Below are positions 19,472 through 28,190 of a DNA stretch of 64,000 nt, in pieces (within the stretch, counting starts at the first letter, position 1; each line of letters begins with the position of its first letter). A program made the translations under genes and the position numbers. Source of the DNA: an uncultured Candidatus Saccharibacteria bacterium (lineage in GTDB: Bacteria; Patescibacteriota; Minisyncoccia; Phycocordibacterales; DATDWN01); contig CAZKCA010000004.1 of NCBI GenBank assembly GCA_964551495.1, positions 15,439 to 79,438 of the forward strand, written 5' to 3'. The notes under the pieces were generated by a model, which saw only the letters and a list, made by a program, of their open reading frames with translations, made no database searches and was not told the DNA's origin.

Positions 19472-21129
19472 AAATTGTAAGACTCCTTATCACTATCTAT
19501 TTTATATATAATTGTAATATTAAAACTTCCTTCTTGGGCTCCGAATTCTTTACTGAACAACAAATCCAACTTCTTTATTTTTTTATCGACAGAAATTTCA
19601 TATTGGTTGTTATCAGAAAAAGTAGCATCTATACCATAAGGTAGACTTCCTATTTTTAGGATCCCTCCCTTACTATCATTTACTAAATCCAACCTAATAG
19701 AAATTGTTTTATTATCTTTAAATTGATAAGAGAAATTTGCGGGGCCGCAACTATGCCTTGCTTCAGGATCTATAGAAACTTCTTCAACTACCCTGTTTTT
19801 TAAACTTAATAAAGAATAATTTTCATTTAAAAATTCTGGATTGGATCTGCTCTCTCCGGCGCCCTCACCCAAAACTGGTTCATTATCATAATTTGTATCA
19901 AAAACTAATTCTTCTTCAACTATAACTTGTTCAACATTTTCATCAGCAATTACATCATCCTTATTAAAAAAATCTTTAATTAATTCAACAAAGGATGCCG
20001 ATAAAGATTGATCTTCTACCTTATCAACCTGATTTGTGTCTACATTCTCATATAAAACCTCTATCCATACAGAATCAAAGTAAATAATAACTGGGTTACC
20101 ATCTAAAATAGGCACACTTCTAACTCCAATCTGTATCCTTGAAATATCCTCCCAGTTTTTAGCTTCTTCTATTGGTATTTCAAAATGCTGAGCTTTAAAT
20201 TGGTTTTTCTCTACAAAACCGAGACTTTTCCAATTTACACCATCTAAAGTATAGACAACTTCAACTAAACCATAAGGAATAATTTCTTCTATAACCTCCT
20301 CTACTCCTTCTGTTGTTGTAGATGTGATCTCTTCATTATTTTCTATAACAATTTCTTCTTCGGCATAAGCTACTTTGTATAAAAATCTAAGGAAAGAAAT
20401 AGGTTCTTCTGTCACATTAGAGGTTTCATTACTTGAATTATCTTGATTTTCTGGAATAACTTCTGGCACAACCTCAGGTACAACCCCATCATTAAGTTGA
20501 TTATTTTCTATATTTGATTCTTCTGGAACAACCTCATCTTCTACATTATCAATCACCTCTTCCTCTGTATTATTTTCTGTAGAAGTTGAAAATTCTCCTT
20601 CTAAAAAATTATCTGTTGATGTCCCAGTTTCATTTTCAATTAAACCTTCTGTTGTAGTAGAAATATTTGGGATTAATTCACTTTCATAAAAAGCTTGCCA
20701 AGAAAATCTTATTGTAATTTTTTTTGGAACTGCTTCTTCTAAGATGTCACCCTGAAAACCTCCACAAAATATCTGTCCATGAGCATTTGATCTTAGTATA
20801 GAAGAATTTTGGTCTGTAAAGGAAGCTTCCTCTATAACTTCCGGTGCTCCTGTTGCAAGATGTGGATTTTCCCAGCCCCCCAAACAAGAAGTAGCATACA
20901 GATTTAAAGTATTAGCATAAGTAACCACTTTGTATATACCGAAAGTAGTTACTAAAATAAAAACAGTAGTTAATAAATAAAGTTTATTTTTACCATTTAC
21001 CAAAAATAACCAAAATTTGTAGGGCTCAAAGACAAAAGTTTTCTTTTTCAAATTTAAAACTCTTGGTCTTGAAGACACAACATCAGACCAACTATTTTTG
21101 TTGTAGTTTTTTTTATACCAAAAAGGCAT
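19447..21129 (-). CDS. Hypothetical membrane-anchored protein with an acidic Glu/Val-rich extracellular region.
   Basis: 560-aa ORF with an N-terminal TM helix (LYLLTTVFILVTTFGIY) and long acidic low-complexity stretches. Confidence 0.45.
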   Translation of the reverse strand: MPFWYKKNYNKNSWSDVVSSRPRVLNLKKKTFVFEPYKFWLFLVNGKNKLYLLTTVFILVTTFGIYKVVTYANTLNLYATSCLGGWENPHLATGAPEVIEEASFTDQNSSILRSNAHGQIFCGGFQGDILEEAVPKKITIRFSWQAFYESELIPNISTTTEGLIENETGTSTDNFLEGEFSTSTENNTEEEVIDNVEDEVVPEESNIENNQLNDGVVPEVVPEVIPENQDNSSNETSNVTEEPISFLRFLYKVAYAEEEIVIENNEEITSTTTEGVEEVIEEIIPYGLVEVVYTLDGVNWKSLGFVEKNQFKAQHFEIPIEEAKNWEDISRIQIGVRSVPILDGNPVIIYFDSVWIEVLYENVDTNQVDKVEDQSLSASFVELIKDFFNKDDVIADENVEQVIVEEELVFDTNYDNEPVLGEGAGESRSNPEFLNENYSLLSLKNRVVEEVSIDPEARHSCGPANFSYQFKDNKTISIRLDLVNDSKGGILKIGSLPYGIDATFSDNNQYEISVDKKIKKLDLLFSKEFGAQEGSFNITIIYKIDSDKESYNLCQINIIN

Positions 21130-21186
21130 ATACTTTTATTAAATTATACTACATAAAATTTTTTTTAATTTATGAATATCCACAAA

Positions 21187-21220
21187 CACAAAACCCACAC
21201 TAAATTGTGTGGGTTTTGTG
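21187..21220. terminator. Perfect 14-bp inverted repeat hairpin (cacaaaacccacac / gtgtgggttttgtg), intrinsic-terminator-like.
   Basis: Seen directly. Lies in the intergenic region downstream of the minus-strand genes. Confidence 0.45.
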
Positions 21221-21242
21221 GACTAAACTAGTTTAGTATAAC

Positions 21243-21360
21243 TATGCAGCAGATTCTTCTGATGTCTCAGAAGTCTCTTCAGTAGGAACTTCCATTCCTT
21301 CTTCTTTCTTTTTCTCTTCTGTCATAGGATCCATAGCTGGATTTGTATTTGTTTCGTCCA
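21243..21360 (-). CDS. Small acidic ORF (39 aa, MDETNTNPAMDPMTEEKKKEEGMEVPTEETSETSEESAA).
   Basis: Own translation. Followed by a strong hairpin. No clear SD. Below the ORF-track length cutoff. Confidence 0.25.
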
Positions 21361-21451
21361 TAATTTTAGATTTAAGTTAAACTGACAAAGACGACCTATT
21401 TGAAACCATAACAAAATAAAGCTTACATTGCAATCTTTTTATAATTTAAAT

Positions 21452-21480
21452 TTGACTTTTTTATAAAATAGGTATATAAT
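21452..21480 (+). promoter_or_regulatory. Sigma70-type promoter: TTGACT, 17 bp spacer, TATAAT.
   Basis: Near-consensus hexamers with a 17-bp spacer, about 150 nt upstream of ORF 21631-21822. Confidence 0.5.
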
Positions 21481-21630
21481 ACAGGTATAAGTAATTTGAA
21501 AATTTAAAGACCGGAACCTCTTTTCTTTACTGCGGATTTAAGTCCCTAGTAAAGAGAGGGGTAGCTGGTAATTAGCTGGCTTGTTGGGCTTGTCCGCACA
21601 ACAACTTCGCTTCTCTCAAGATTAAAAAGT

Positions 21631-21822
21631 ATGAAAATCTTTACAATTTTGGGTTGGGGCCTTCTAATTATTATGCTAAAGTTCCTGACCCCAGAGATTT
21701 ACTCTGGTATCATGGACACCCTCGTAGTGTTCTTTGATACCGCACAAGCCGTCCTAGCCAAAGGCAAAGATGGTATGGAAGCTTCTGTGATCCTTCCAAG
21801 TATTGCTCCGCTAGCCAAATAG
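21631..21822 (+). CDS. Small hydrophobic ORF (63 aa), or alternatively part of a small RNA transcription unit.
   Basis: ORF bracketed by the consensus promoter and a strong intrinsic terminator. The 150-nt leader has a hairpin whose loop (ugcgga) is complementary to a downstream uccgca. Confidence 0.3.
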   Translation: MKIFTILGWGLLIIMLKFLTPEIYSGIMDTLVVFFDTAQAVLAKGKDGMEASVILPSIAPLAK

Positions 21823-21830
21823 AAAACTAA

Positions 21831-21860
21831 AACCGAACGACATCCGTTCGGTTTGTTTTT
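21831..21860. terminator. Bidirectional intrinsic terminator (aaccgaacg-acat-cgttcggtt plus T-run).
   Basis: 9-bp GC-containing stem flanked by an A-run and a T-run. Serves the plus small ORF and the minus DM13 gene. Confidence 0.7.
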
Positions 21861-21865
21861 TATTT

Positions 21866-22351
21866 TTAATTTAAAACTGCGTATGGGAATAAAACACCAA
21901 ATTCTTTGCACCAAATAACAACACTTTTAAAATCTTCTAAATTTTCTGGTAATTCATAGTTTTGATTTCCAATGTTTCCTTTTAATACACCCAAATCAAC
22001 ATAGCTTCCTAGATTTTCTTTTGGATTTTCTGAATCTGAAAGATAAACAAACAAATCTGGACCATTTGTGACTTCAAAATCTTCAAACCTTAAAATCCTG
22101 CTTCCATCTGGATATTCTATAACTTTGGCCTTGCCAGTACCTTTATGAATAAAATCTGAATCTACAAAATTTCCCTCTTTTAAAACTACTGGCTCTAGAC
22201 CTTCTTCCATCTCAGGCATTTCTTCATCTACCCTATTATCTATAAAGTATGTTTGAAACTGAAAGTAGTAAAAACCCAAAGCTAGTAAACCAATAAGTAT
22301 TACAAATAAAATTATTTTTTTCATAATGAGATTATAGCAAAAATCGAACAT
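21866..22351 (-). CDS. DM13 domain protein, membrane-anchored.
   Basis: N-terminal TM. GNFVDSDFIHKGTGKAKVIEYPDGSRILRFEDFEVTNGPDLFVYLS matches the DM13 domain pattern. Confidence 0.6.
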   Translation of the reverse strand: MFDFCYNLIMKKIILFVILIGLLALGFYYFQFQTYFIDNRVDEEMPEMEEGLEPVVLKEGNFVDSDFIHKGTGKAKVIEYPDGSRILRFEDFEVTNGPDLFVYLSDSENPKENLGSYVDLGVLKGNIGNQNYELPENLEDFKSVVIWCKEFGVLFPYAVLN

Positions 22352-22388
22352 TTTTGTTCGATTTTTATTTTCATAATTTTACAAAAAT

Positions 22389-22499
22389 TATTTCTTCTTT
22401 TTCTTTAGAGCCAGTCTAGCTTTTTTTGTAGCTAATCTCTTTTTTGTTTTTTTAGAACGAGAAGTTTTATTTTTTGTATTTGTTGCTGCTCTTTTTGCC
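22389..22499 (-). CDS. Small very basic ORF (36 aa, MAKRAATNTKNKTSRSKKTKKRLATKKARLALKKKKK).
   Basis: Own translation. No SD. Could be a basic nucleic-acid-binding peptide or not expressed. Confidence 0.2.
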
Positions 22500-22769
22500 A
22501 TAAAAATATTATAACAGTTTTTTATTTATTTACTAATTTCATAAAATAAAAAACCGATCCAGGAAGGTGGTTTGTTTGAAGATTTCGCACGCCACTACTT
22601 TCTTCCCACCTTCTGGTATCGGTTGACTAAAGCCCCTGGCCGGTTCGTCATTCCAACCAGGTAAGCACGGCATTTAGGAAACAGTTTGTTGTTCCATATA
22701 GAAAATTATACTGATTAAAAATTTTTTTACAAATTTTATAACAATTTAAAAGGGTGGCTATTTGCTACC

Positions 22770-22925
22770 CTAGACACCAAAAATGAATTTAATCTTGGTT
22801 CTTTTTGCTCTTTTGATTTTTTCATCACAAAAGTTGATCCTAAAAACAATTCTTCTTAAGATGTAGTCTATATGATCATCAGTAAGTTTTCTAAAGAGTT
22901 TTTTCTTTCCTCTTCTGGTTTTCAT
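22770..22925 (-). CDS. Small basic protein (51 aa from the internal Met of track ORF 22770-23018).
   Basis: The internal start MKTRRGKKK has a GGGTGA SD-like sequence 6 nt upstream. The longer track ORF would overlap the upstream VanY-like gene. Confidence 0.3.
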   Translation of the reverse strand: MKTRRGKKKLFRKLTDDHIDYILRRIVFRINFCDEKIKRAKRTKIKFIFGV

Positions 22926-22965
22926 GATTTCACCCTTTCTATTTACGATACTACCACAAAAATAG

Positions 22966-23898
22966 CTAATCAAAAATATTTGCCAAATACTTATCAATCT
23001 CTCTTTGGTCCATATCATAGAAATTCATATTGTTGTTATGAAGATAAGTGGCCAGTTTTACCCCGACAAATCTCCAATGCCAAGGTTCAAAAATATAATA
23101 AGAATTATCTTTTGGATACGAAAGTGTAAAGCCAAATTTATGTGCATTTTCCTGCATCCATTTGTAGGCTTCTGTTTTATCAAAACCCGTAAGCTGACCA
23201 TTTAGTCCTGTGGTTATAAAATCTGCTGTGGTCCCTATTTGATGCTCAGAGTAACCCTGATCGGCAGAAAATGTGTTTGCTGTCCCTGCTCCATATGTAA
23301 TAGTGTAATAAGATTTCAAAGACCTTTGTTCATCAAAAGATCTATACGCAGATTTAACATAAAGAGTTACTCCATCTGCTTTTGCGCTATCTAGCATCAT
23401 TTTTAAAAATGGCCAAGCCTGAGACAAAAACCCTTCTTTTCTAGCTGAGCTATAAGTATATTCTGCTGGTATCTCGACCACACCTTGAGGTCTGTAATTT
23501 TCATTTAGAAAATAAACTTTAGAATATTTTTTCAATAATTCATCGTCTGTATTAGCTAACTTTTCTAAAGTTCCAACTGTGCCAGAAATTGTCCCGACTG
23601 TCTGCTCTACCCCACCAACTTTGTTTCTTACATCATCCACATTTCTTTGGGTACTAGAAAGTGTATCAGAAAGTCCTGTTGTTTTATCTTTCAAATCGGC
23701 AATGTTTTTAGAAAAATCATCAAAATTTAGGGCCAAAAATTCAGTCGTAGAAGCAAGCTCCGAATTTAAAACTTCAACGTTTTTAGATAGTTTGGAAATC
23801 TGAAAAGCTTGAATGATAGAGAAAGTACCAAGTAAAATAAAAACCACAATAGCAGGTATTAGGTGATGATTTTCTTTTATAATTTTCCTGTAATTCAC
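22966..23898 (-). CDS. VanY/peptidase-M15-like D-alanyl-D-alanine carboxypeptidase with N-terminal TM and coiled coil.
   Basis: LYVKSAYRSFDEQ...SEHQIGTTADF...FEPWHWRF. The SxHxxGxAxD and EPWHxR motifs place it in the LAS metallopeptidase VanY family. Confidence 0.65.
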   Translation of the reverse strand: MNYRKIIKENHHLIPAIVVFILLGTFSIIQAFQISKLSKNVEVLNSELASTTEFLALNFDDFSKNIADLKDKTTGLSDTLSSTQRNVDDVRNKVGGVEQTVGTISGTVGTLEKLANTDDELLKKYSKVYFLNENYRPQGVVEIPAEYTYSSARKEGFLSQAWPFLKMMLDSAKADGVTLYVKSAYRSFDEQRSLKSYYTITYGAGTANTFSADQGYSEHQIGTTADFITTGLNGQLTGFDKTEAYKWMQENAHKFGFTLSYPKDNSYYIFEPWHWRFVGVKLATYLHNNNMNFYDMDQREIDKYLANIFD

Positions 23899-23933
23899 TA
23901 GATAATTATACCACTACAGTAACCATACAAAAA

Positions 23934-23951
23934 GGTGGCCGTTTGGCCACC
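23934..23951. terminator. Perfect palindrome ggtggcc-gttt-ggccacc with A/T flanks (bidirectional terminator-like).
   Basis: Seen directly. The same ggccgtttggcc core recurs at 32101. Confidence 0.5.
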
Positions 23952-24079
23952 TAGAAATTGAAGACGAACTCCAAAATCTTCCGAGAAACTCTCCCATCGA
24001 GAGCAAAATCTTTTTCTGCCCGCTCGATTATCTCAAGTTTCTCAGCTAAAATTCTATCGAATTCTTCGACTGATTGCAT
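23951..24079 (-). CDS. Small ORF (42 aa, MQSVEEFDRILAEKLEIIERAEKDFALDGRVSRKILEFVFNF) with a good SD.
   Basis: GGGAGGA lies 5 nt upstream of the ATG. Ends at the palindromic terminator. Confidence 0.4.
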   Translation of the reverse strand: MQSVEEFDRILAEKLEIIERAEKDFALDGRVSRKILEFVFNF

Positions 24080-24109
24080 AGATCCTCCCTACAAGAATAA
24101 TACCATAAA

Positions 24110-24412
24110 TTAAACTAAAATTTTTATAGAAAAGTTTACAATATCTTTATCAAATATTTTTTCTTTCCTTCTTACTTCAGATTTTAAAGGCAACAAATAT
24201 GTTTCCGATCTTTTGTCTGGAAAAATAGAAGTCCTCCATTTTGTTTTACCCAAAGAAACTTCTACAGGAAGAGATCCCCAACCCCTATTCAAACCCTTAA
24301 ACCTATCACTTATTATTTTTGTCTCTTTTTTTGGAACAGACACAAAATGCCAAGCGGCAAAAGAACTTGGATAAATCCAAACTTCAGATTTTATTTTGAA
24401 AATTTTTTGCAT
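24110..24412 (-). CDS. DUF1905 domain protein.
   Basis: WHFVSVPKK...GSLPVEVSLGKTKWRTSIFPDKRSETYLLPLKSEVRRKE matches the DUF1905 pattern. Confidence 0.55.
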   Translation of the reverse strand: MQKIFKIKSEVWIYPSSFAAWHFVSVPKKETKIISDRFKGLNRGWGSLPVEVSLGKTKWRTSIFPDKRSETYLLPLKSEVRRKEKIFDKDIVNFSIKILV

Positions 24413-24415
24413 AAA

Positions 24416-24964
24416 TTAAACAAAACGATCAGTAAAAAATAAAGAAAATGTTACTACAAAAATTTCAAAAACAATATAATAACTAAGTGCTTCCAAAAAC
24501 GAAAAAGGTATAGATGGTAACGAACCAAGTATCACTGTAAAAGTCCAAGAAGTAACAGAAACAACACCACTCGCTACCAACAGTTTTTTCTTTCTACTAA
24601 ATTCATCAGAAGAAGGATAATGATGATCTACATGACGGTCTATTCTAGGTAAATGAACTAAATGAAAAACTAAACCATTTAATAAAATAACAAAAACAAT
24701 AAAAACTTTTATTAAAAATTTTGAAGAATCTAGGTATAAAGAAGTATTGGTAGAAAATATGAGTAATCCAGTGATAATAAGAATAACGAGTCCTGTCCAG
24801 ACAAAAATACTACCTATTTTCATAAATCTAAGCTCTGTTTGAGATATAACTTTATCTTTTACAGAACTTAGAAAGATTATATCACTTACATAAGCTCCTC
24901 CTGCACCGATTATTGCTCCAAAAATATGTAGTAATAAATAAAAATCTCTAATACCTAATTCCAT
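24416..24964 (-). CDS. Hypothetical integral membrane protein (4-5 TM).
   Basis: Hydrophobic helices throughout. No motifs recognised. Confidence 0.45.
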   Translation of the reverse strand: MELGIRDFYLLLHIFGAIIGAGGAYVSDIIFLSSVKDKVISQTELRFMKIGSIFVWTGLVILIITGLLIFSTNTSLYLDSSKFLIKVFIVFVILLNGLVFHLVHLPRIDRHVDHHYPSSDEFSRKKKLLVASGVVSVTSWTFTVILGSLPSIPFSFLEALSYYIVFEIFVVTFSLFFTDRFV

Positions 24965-25029
24965 TATATTAAATTATATCATTAAAATAATTAGAAATGG
25001 CGACACCCTTTTAGTATCGCCATTTTCAG

Positions 25030-25233
25030 CTAGTTTTCACTACCAGAAGACTGTTGTAAGCCTCTGGCAAGATCAAAAACGTGGCCAATCACTCCTCCTT
25101 CGTGATGTAAATCTGCCTTAACTTCGGCAGACATAACCATCTTGATTGCCTTTGAGATATTGCCTGGACTAGGAGGCAACTCCTCATTTGCTATTGCGAA
25201 GTCAACGACCGCCTGATGACTTACTGTTGACAT
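25030..25233 (-). CDS. Small hypothetical protein (67 aa from MSTVSHQ) in a GC-elevated segment.
   Basis: GGAGGAGGT SD lies 7 nt upstream of the internal Met. Local GC is clearly higher than the genome background. Confidence 0.35.
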   Translation of the reverse strand: MSTVSHQAVVDFAIANEELPPSPGNISKAIKMVMSAEVKADLHHEGGVIGHVFDLARGLQQSSGSEN

Positions 25234-25429
25234 AGGAGTTACCTCCTCCAATATAATTATATTACTTATAAAAATTCAAACAACACAAACTGTTGAAAAA
25301 AATTTCGAGTCCAAGTCGCAAAGCAATGCTTTGCTTCTGACATAAAAAAGCCAAAGCTTTTTTGCTGGCCGTCTCGAGCTAGAACCTTTTGATACCAAGC
25401 CCTGCTTGACCGTTCACCTATATTATACA

Positions 25430-25939
25430 CTACTCCCACGACGCGTCTCGTGCGGCTTCAAGAATAGCGATATCCCGCGGCACCATATATTCTTTTGATT
25501 CAATCTGCTCTGCTTTGCTTCTCTTAATAATATCGAGTGCTTCGTTATACGGAAGCCACACCACCTCAAATCCTTCTGCAATTTCAGATTCAGTAAAGTC
25601 AGGTATTCCTTTTTCACCTACAACCTTGGCGAAGTAGCAATATGAAATTTGATGGAGATTACAAAACCTGCGCCACTCATTCACTAATCCGATCTCACCC
25701 ATAACCTCCACATCACATCCGATTTCTTCTCGACACTCTCGTTTGAGAGCAGTTACTTTGTTTGTATCGTCATCCAAGCCACCACCAGGAAGCTTGTAGT
25801 AATCGGTTTTGATGGCATGTAGAAGAGCTATATTATTTTCTTTATCGAAAACGACAGCGCGAGCAGCTTCTCTGGTACTATAAGTCTTTACCTCCTCTTC
25901 GGATACATTTTCGGGATTAAGTAAGATGAGTTCTTTCAT
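25430..25939 (-). CDS. NUDIX hydrolase.
   Basis: Nudix box GGGLDDDTNKVTALKRECREEIG (Gx5Ex7REUxEExGU). The gene is GC-elevated. Confidence 0.75.
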   Translation of the reverse strand: MKELILLNPENVSEEEVKTYSTREAARAVVFDKENNIALLHAIKTDYYKLPGGGLDDDTNKVTALKRECREEIGCDVEVMGEIGLVNEWRRFCNLHQISYCYFAKVVGEKGIPDFTESEIAEGFEVVWLPYNEALDIIKRSKAEQIESKEYMVPRDIAILEAARDASWE

Positions 25940-26142
25940 AAATTAATTATATCGCTTTCTGTGATTTTGCTAAGCACACGCCTCGGGCACTATAACCTAT
26001 CACGAGTTGGCTGGCAGACTTGGAATCTTCACACCTGGGAAACCCACGGTTTTCCCAATCCTTCCTCCACGGGAAACTCCCGTTTCCCGACCCTTTCCCA
26101 GTTCGAGTCCAAGTCTGAACAACAAAACAGCTCCGCTGTTTG

Positions 26143-26213
26143 CTGCCAGACTTGGACTCGAACCAAGATAACCTCCTCCAGAGGGAGGTGTCCTACCATT
26201 AGACGATCTAGCA
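26143..26213 (-). tRNA. tRNA-Gln(CUG).
   Basis: Manual fold: acceptor TGCTAGA/TCTGGCA, D arm GTCT-AATGGTA-GGAC, anticodon stem CCTCC/GGAGG with loop CTCTGGA (anticodon CUG), T arm CTTGG-TTCGAGT-CCAAG. Confidence 0.7.
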
Positions 26214-26468
26214 ATACAAAAACAATACTCCAAAATTTATTTTTTTACAATGAAAAAGGCGCCGTCCACACACTAAGGACGGCGCCTGAACCAGAGGAGT
26301 CGTAATGGCTTAAAGCCCTCCTCTAGCTCTTCACTGTATTATAGCACTTTTCAATAAAAAAGTAAAGCCCCATGTGTCCTTCACTACGCATGGGGCTTTG
26401 GGAAGAAAGCTGGTAGAGAAATCTCCCCAATCTGGCAAGATACTACCATATTTTAAAAAATAAAAAAA

Positions 26469-26493
26469 CTCTCACGGGACAAGCCTGTGAGAG
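26469..26493 (-). terminator. Intrinsic terminator of pyrG (ctctcac...gtgagag followed by a U-run on the minus strand).
   Basis: 7-bp stem directly downstream of the pyrG stop, followed by TTTTTTTATTTTTT on the minus strand. Confidence 0.6.
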
Positions 26494-26537
26494 GTGGGTT
26501 AGTTCTGAAATGTCTGAATAGAGTATAGTAAAAAATT

Positions 26538-28175
26538 TTATTTTAAACAAGCTGATATAAAAGCAGAAAATAATGGATGAGGATTCATTGGTCTAGCTTT
26601 AAACTCTGGATGAAATTGTGTCCCCAAAAAGAAAGGATGTTTGTCTTTTGGAAGTTCTGCTATTTCCATAAGTCTTCCATCTGGAGATGTACCAGAAAAG
26701 ACAAGTCCCGCTTTTTCTATCTGTTCTATATATTCTGGATTTACTTCGTATCTGTGTCTATGTCTTTCTGAAATTTCATCCAAACTGTAAGCTCCTCTTG
26801 CAATGGTTCCCTCCTTTAACACTGCTTTGTATGCCCCCAACCTCATTGTTGCTCCATATTTACCATCTTCTAAAATTTTTTTCTGTTCTGGCATTATGTC
26901 TATAACAACCTTTGAAGCTTTTGGATTTATCTCTGCCGTATGAGCATCTTTCCAACCTAAAACATTTCTAGAGTATTCAATAACTGCAAGTTGCATGCCG
27001 TAACAAAGTCCTAGATAAGGTATTTTATTTGTTCTAGCGTAATGTATTGCCATAATGACACCTTCTATACCAGACTCACCAAAACCACCAGGAACAATTA
27101 TGCCGTCATAATTTTTTAATTCTGAGACTTTCTTTGGGTCTATTTCATAGTCTTTTGAATTTATCCAAGTCAAAACAGGTCTAGCGTCTTTCCAAAAGGC
27201 AGAAAATTTAATGGCTTCAATAACAGAAACGTAAGCGTCTGAAAGTACAAAATCTCCTGTATCAAAATATTTACCAACTACCGCTATTTTTAACTCCCTC
27301 TTTGCCTTTTGTCTTTTATTTACAAATTTTTTCCAATCTTTTAGATTTTCTTCTTTTGACTTGGCTCTCATATGCAAAGATTTTAAAATTGTTGAACCAA
27401 TTTTATCTTTTTCAAAATTTAAAGGAACATCGTAAACACTTTCTATATCTGGCGCAGAAATAACATTTTCTATAGAAATAGCACAAGCCATTGCGATCTT
27501 TTCTTTTCTTTTACTATCTAGAGGAAGTTTGCTACGAGCGATTATTATATCCGGCTGAACTCCATATGAATTTAACTGTCTTACAGCGTTTTGAGTTGGT
27601 CTTGTTTTCATTTCCCCTAATGAACCTGGTATAGGAAGATAAGAGACCATTATAAAAATAACATCTTGAGGTTGTTTTATTTTCAAAGTTCTTGCTGCTT
27701 CTATGAAAAGAATATTCTGATAATCACCTATTGTTCCACCTATTTCTATGAGAGATATGTCTGACTCATGTGTATCTGCTGCTTTTTTTATTCTTCTGAT
27801 TATTTCTTCTGTAATATGAGGTATTGCCTCAACACATTTTCCTCTATAACCTAGGTTTCTTTCTTTTTCAATAACATGTTTGTAAATCATTCCAGAAGTC
27901 ATATAGTCAACAGAATTTAGATCCATTTCTAAAAATCTTTCATAATTTCCCATATCTTGATCTGTCTCAAGTCCAGAATCAAGAACAAAAACTTCTCCAT
28001 GCTCTGTGGGGTTCATTGTACCAGCATCTACGTTTAAGTATGGGTCAACTTTAATAGGGTTAACTTTGTAACCTTTGCTTTGAAGTATTTTACCTATAGA
28101 CGACGAAGCTATACCCTTACCTACACCCGACATAACACCCCCTACAACAAATATATATTTATGGTTTTTTTTCAT
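26538..28175 (-). CDS. pyrG: CTP synthase.
   Basis: GGVMSGVGKGIASSS, GNYERFL, the glutamine amidotransferase domain GLCYGMQ, and 545 aa length. Confidence 0.9.
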   Translation of the reverse strand: MKKNHKYIFVVGGVMSGVGKGIASSSIGKILQSKGYKVNPIKVDPYLNVDAGTMNPTEHGEVFVLDSGLETDQDMGNYERFLEMDLNSVDYMTSGMIYKHVIEKERNLGYRGKCVEAIPHITEEIIRRIKKAADTHESDISLIEIGGTIGDYQNILFIEAARTLKIKQPQDVIFIMVSYLPIPGSLGEMKTRPTQNAVRQLNSYGVQPDIIIARSKLPLDSKRKEKIAMACAISIENVISAPDIESVYDVPLNFEKDKIGSTILKSLHMRAKSKEENLKDWKKFVNKRQKAKRELKIAVVGKYFDTGDFVLSDAYVSVIEAIKFSAFWKDARPVLTWINSKDYEIDPKKVSELKNYDGIIVPGGFGESGIEGVIMAIHYARTNKIPYLGLCYGMQLAVIEYSRNVLGWKDAHTAEINPKASKVVIDIMPEQKKILEDGKYGATMRLGAYKAVLKEGTIARGAYSLDEISERHRHRYEVNPEYIEQIEKAGLVFSGTSPDGRLMEIAELPKDKHPFFLGTQFHPEFKARPMNPHPLFSAFISACLK

Positions 28176-28190
28176 CGTCTTATCAAATTA

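Noticed and set aside
22770-23018. Full-length 82-aa track ORF.
   Set aside because: Its first 31 codons overlap the end of the VanY-like gene. An internal Met with an SD-like sequence gives a non-overlapping 51-aa protein, annotated instead at low confidence.
25423-25617. 64-aa minus-strand ORF overlapping the 3' part of the NUDIX gene in another frame.
   Set aside because: The 169-aa frame carries the complete Nudix box. The short overlapping frame has no support.
25961-26305. Plus-strand 114-aa ORF and two minus-strand ORFs (26000-26233, 26029-26214).
   Set aside because: They overlap tRNA-Gln and the GC-rich hairpin region. Translations are Gly/Arg/Pro-rich artefacts of GC-rich structured DNA.
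26214-26537. Considered RNase P RNA, tmRNA or 6S RNA in the 324-nt structured spacer between pyrG and tRNA-Gln.
   Set aside because: No GGAAAGUCCGG (P4) or ACAGAA motifs, no tRNA-like 3' end with a resume codon. The hairpins are better explained as stacked terminators and a possible short sRNA.
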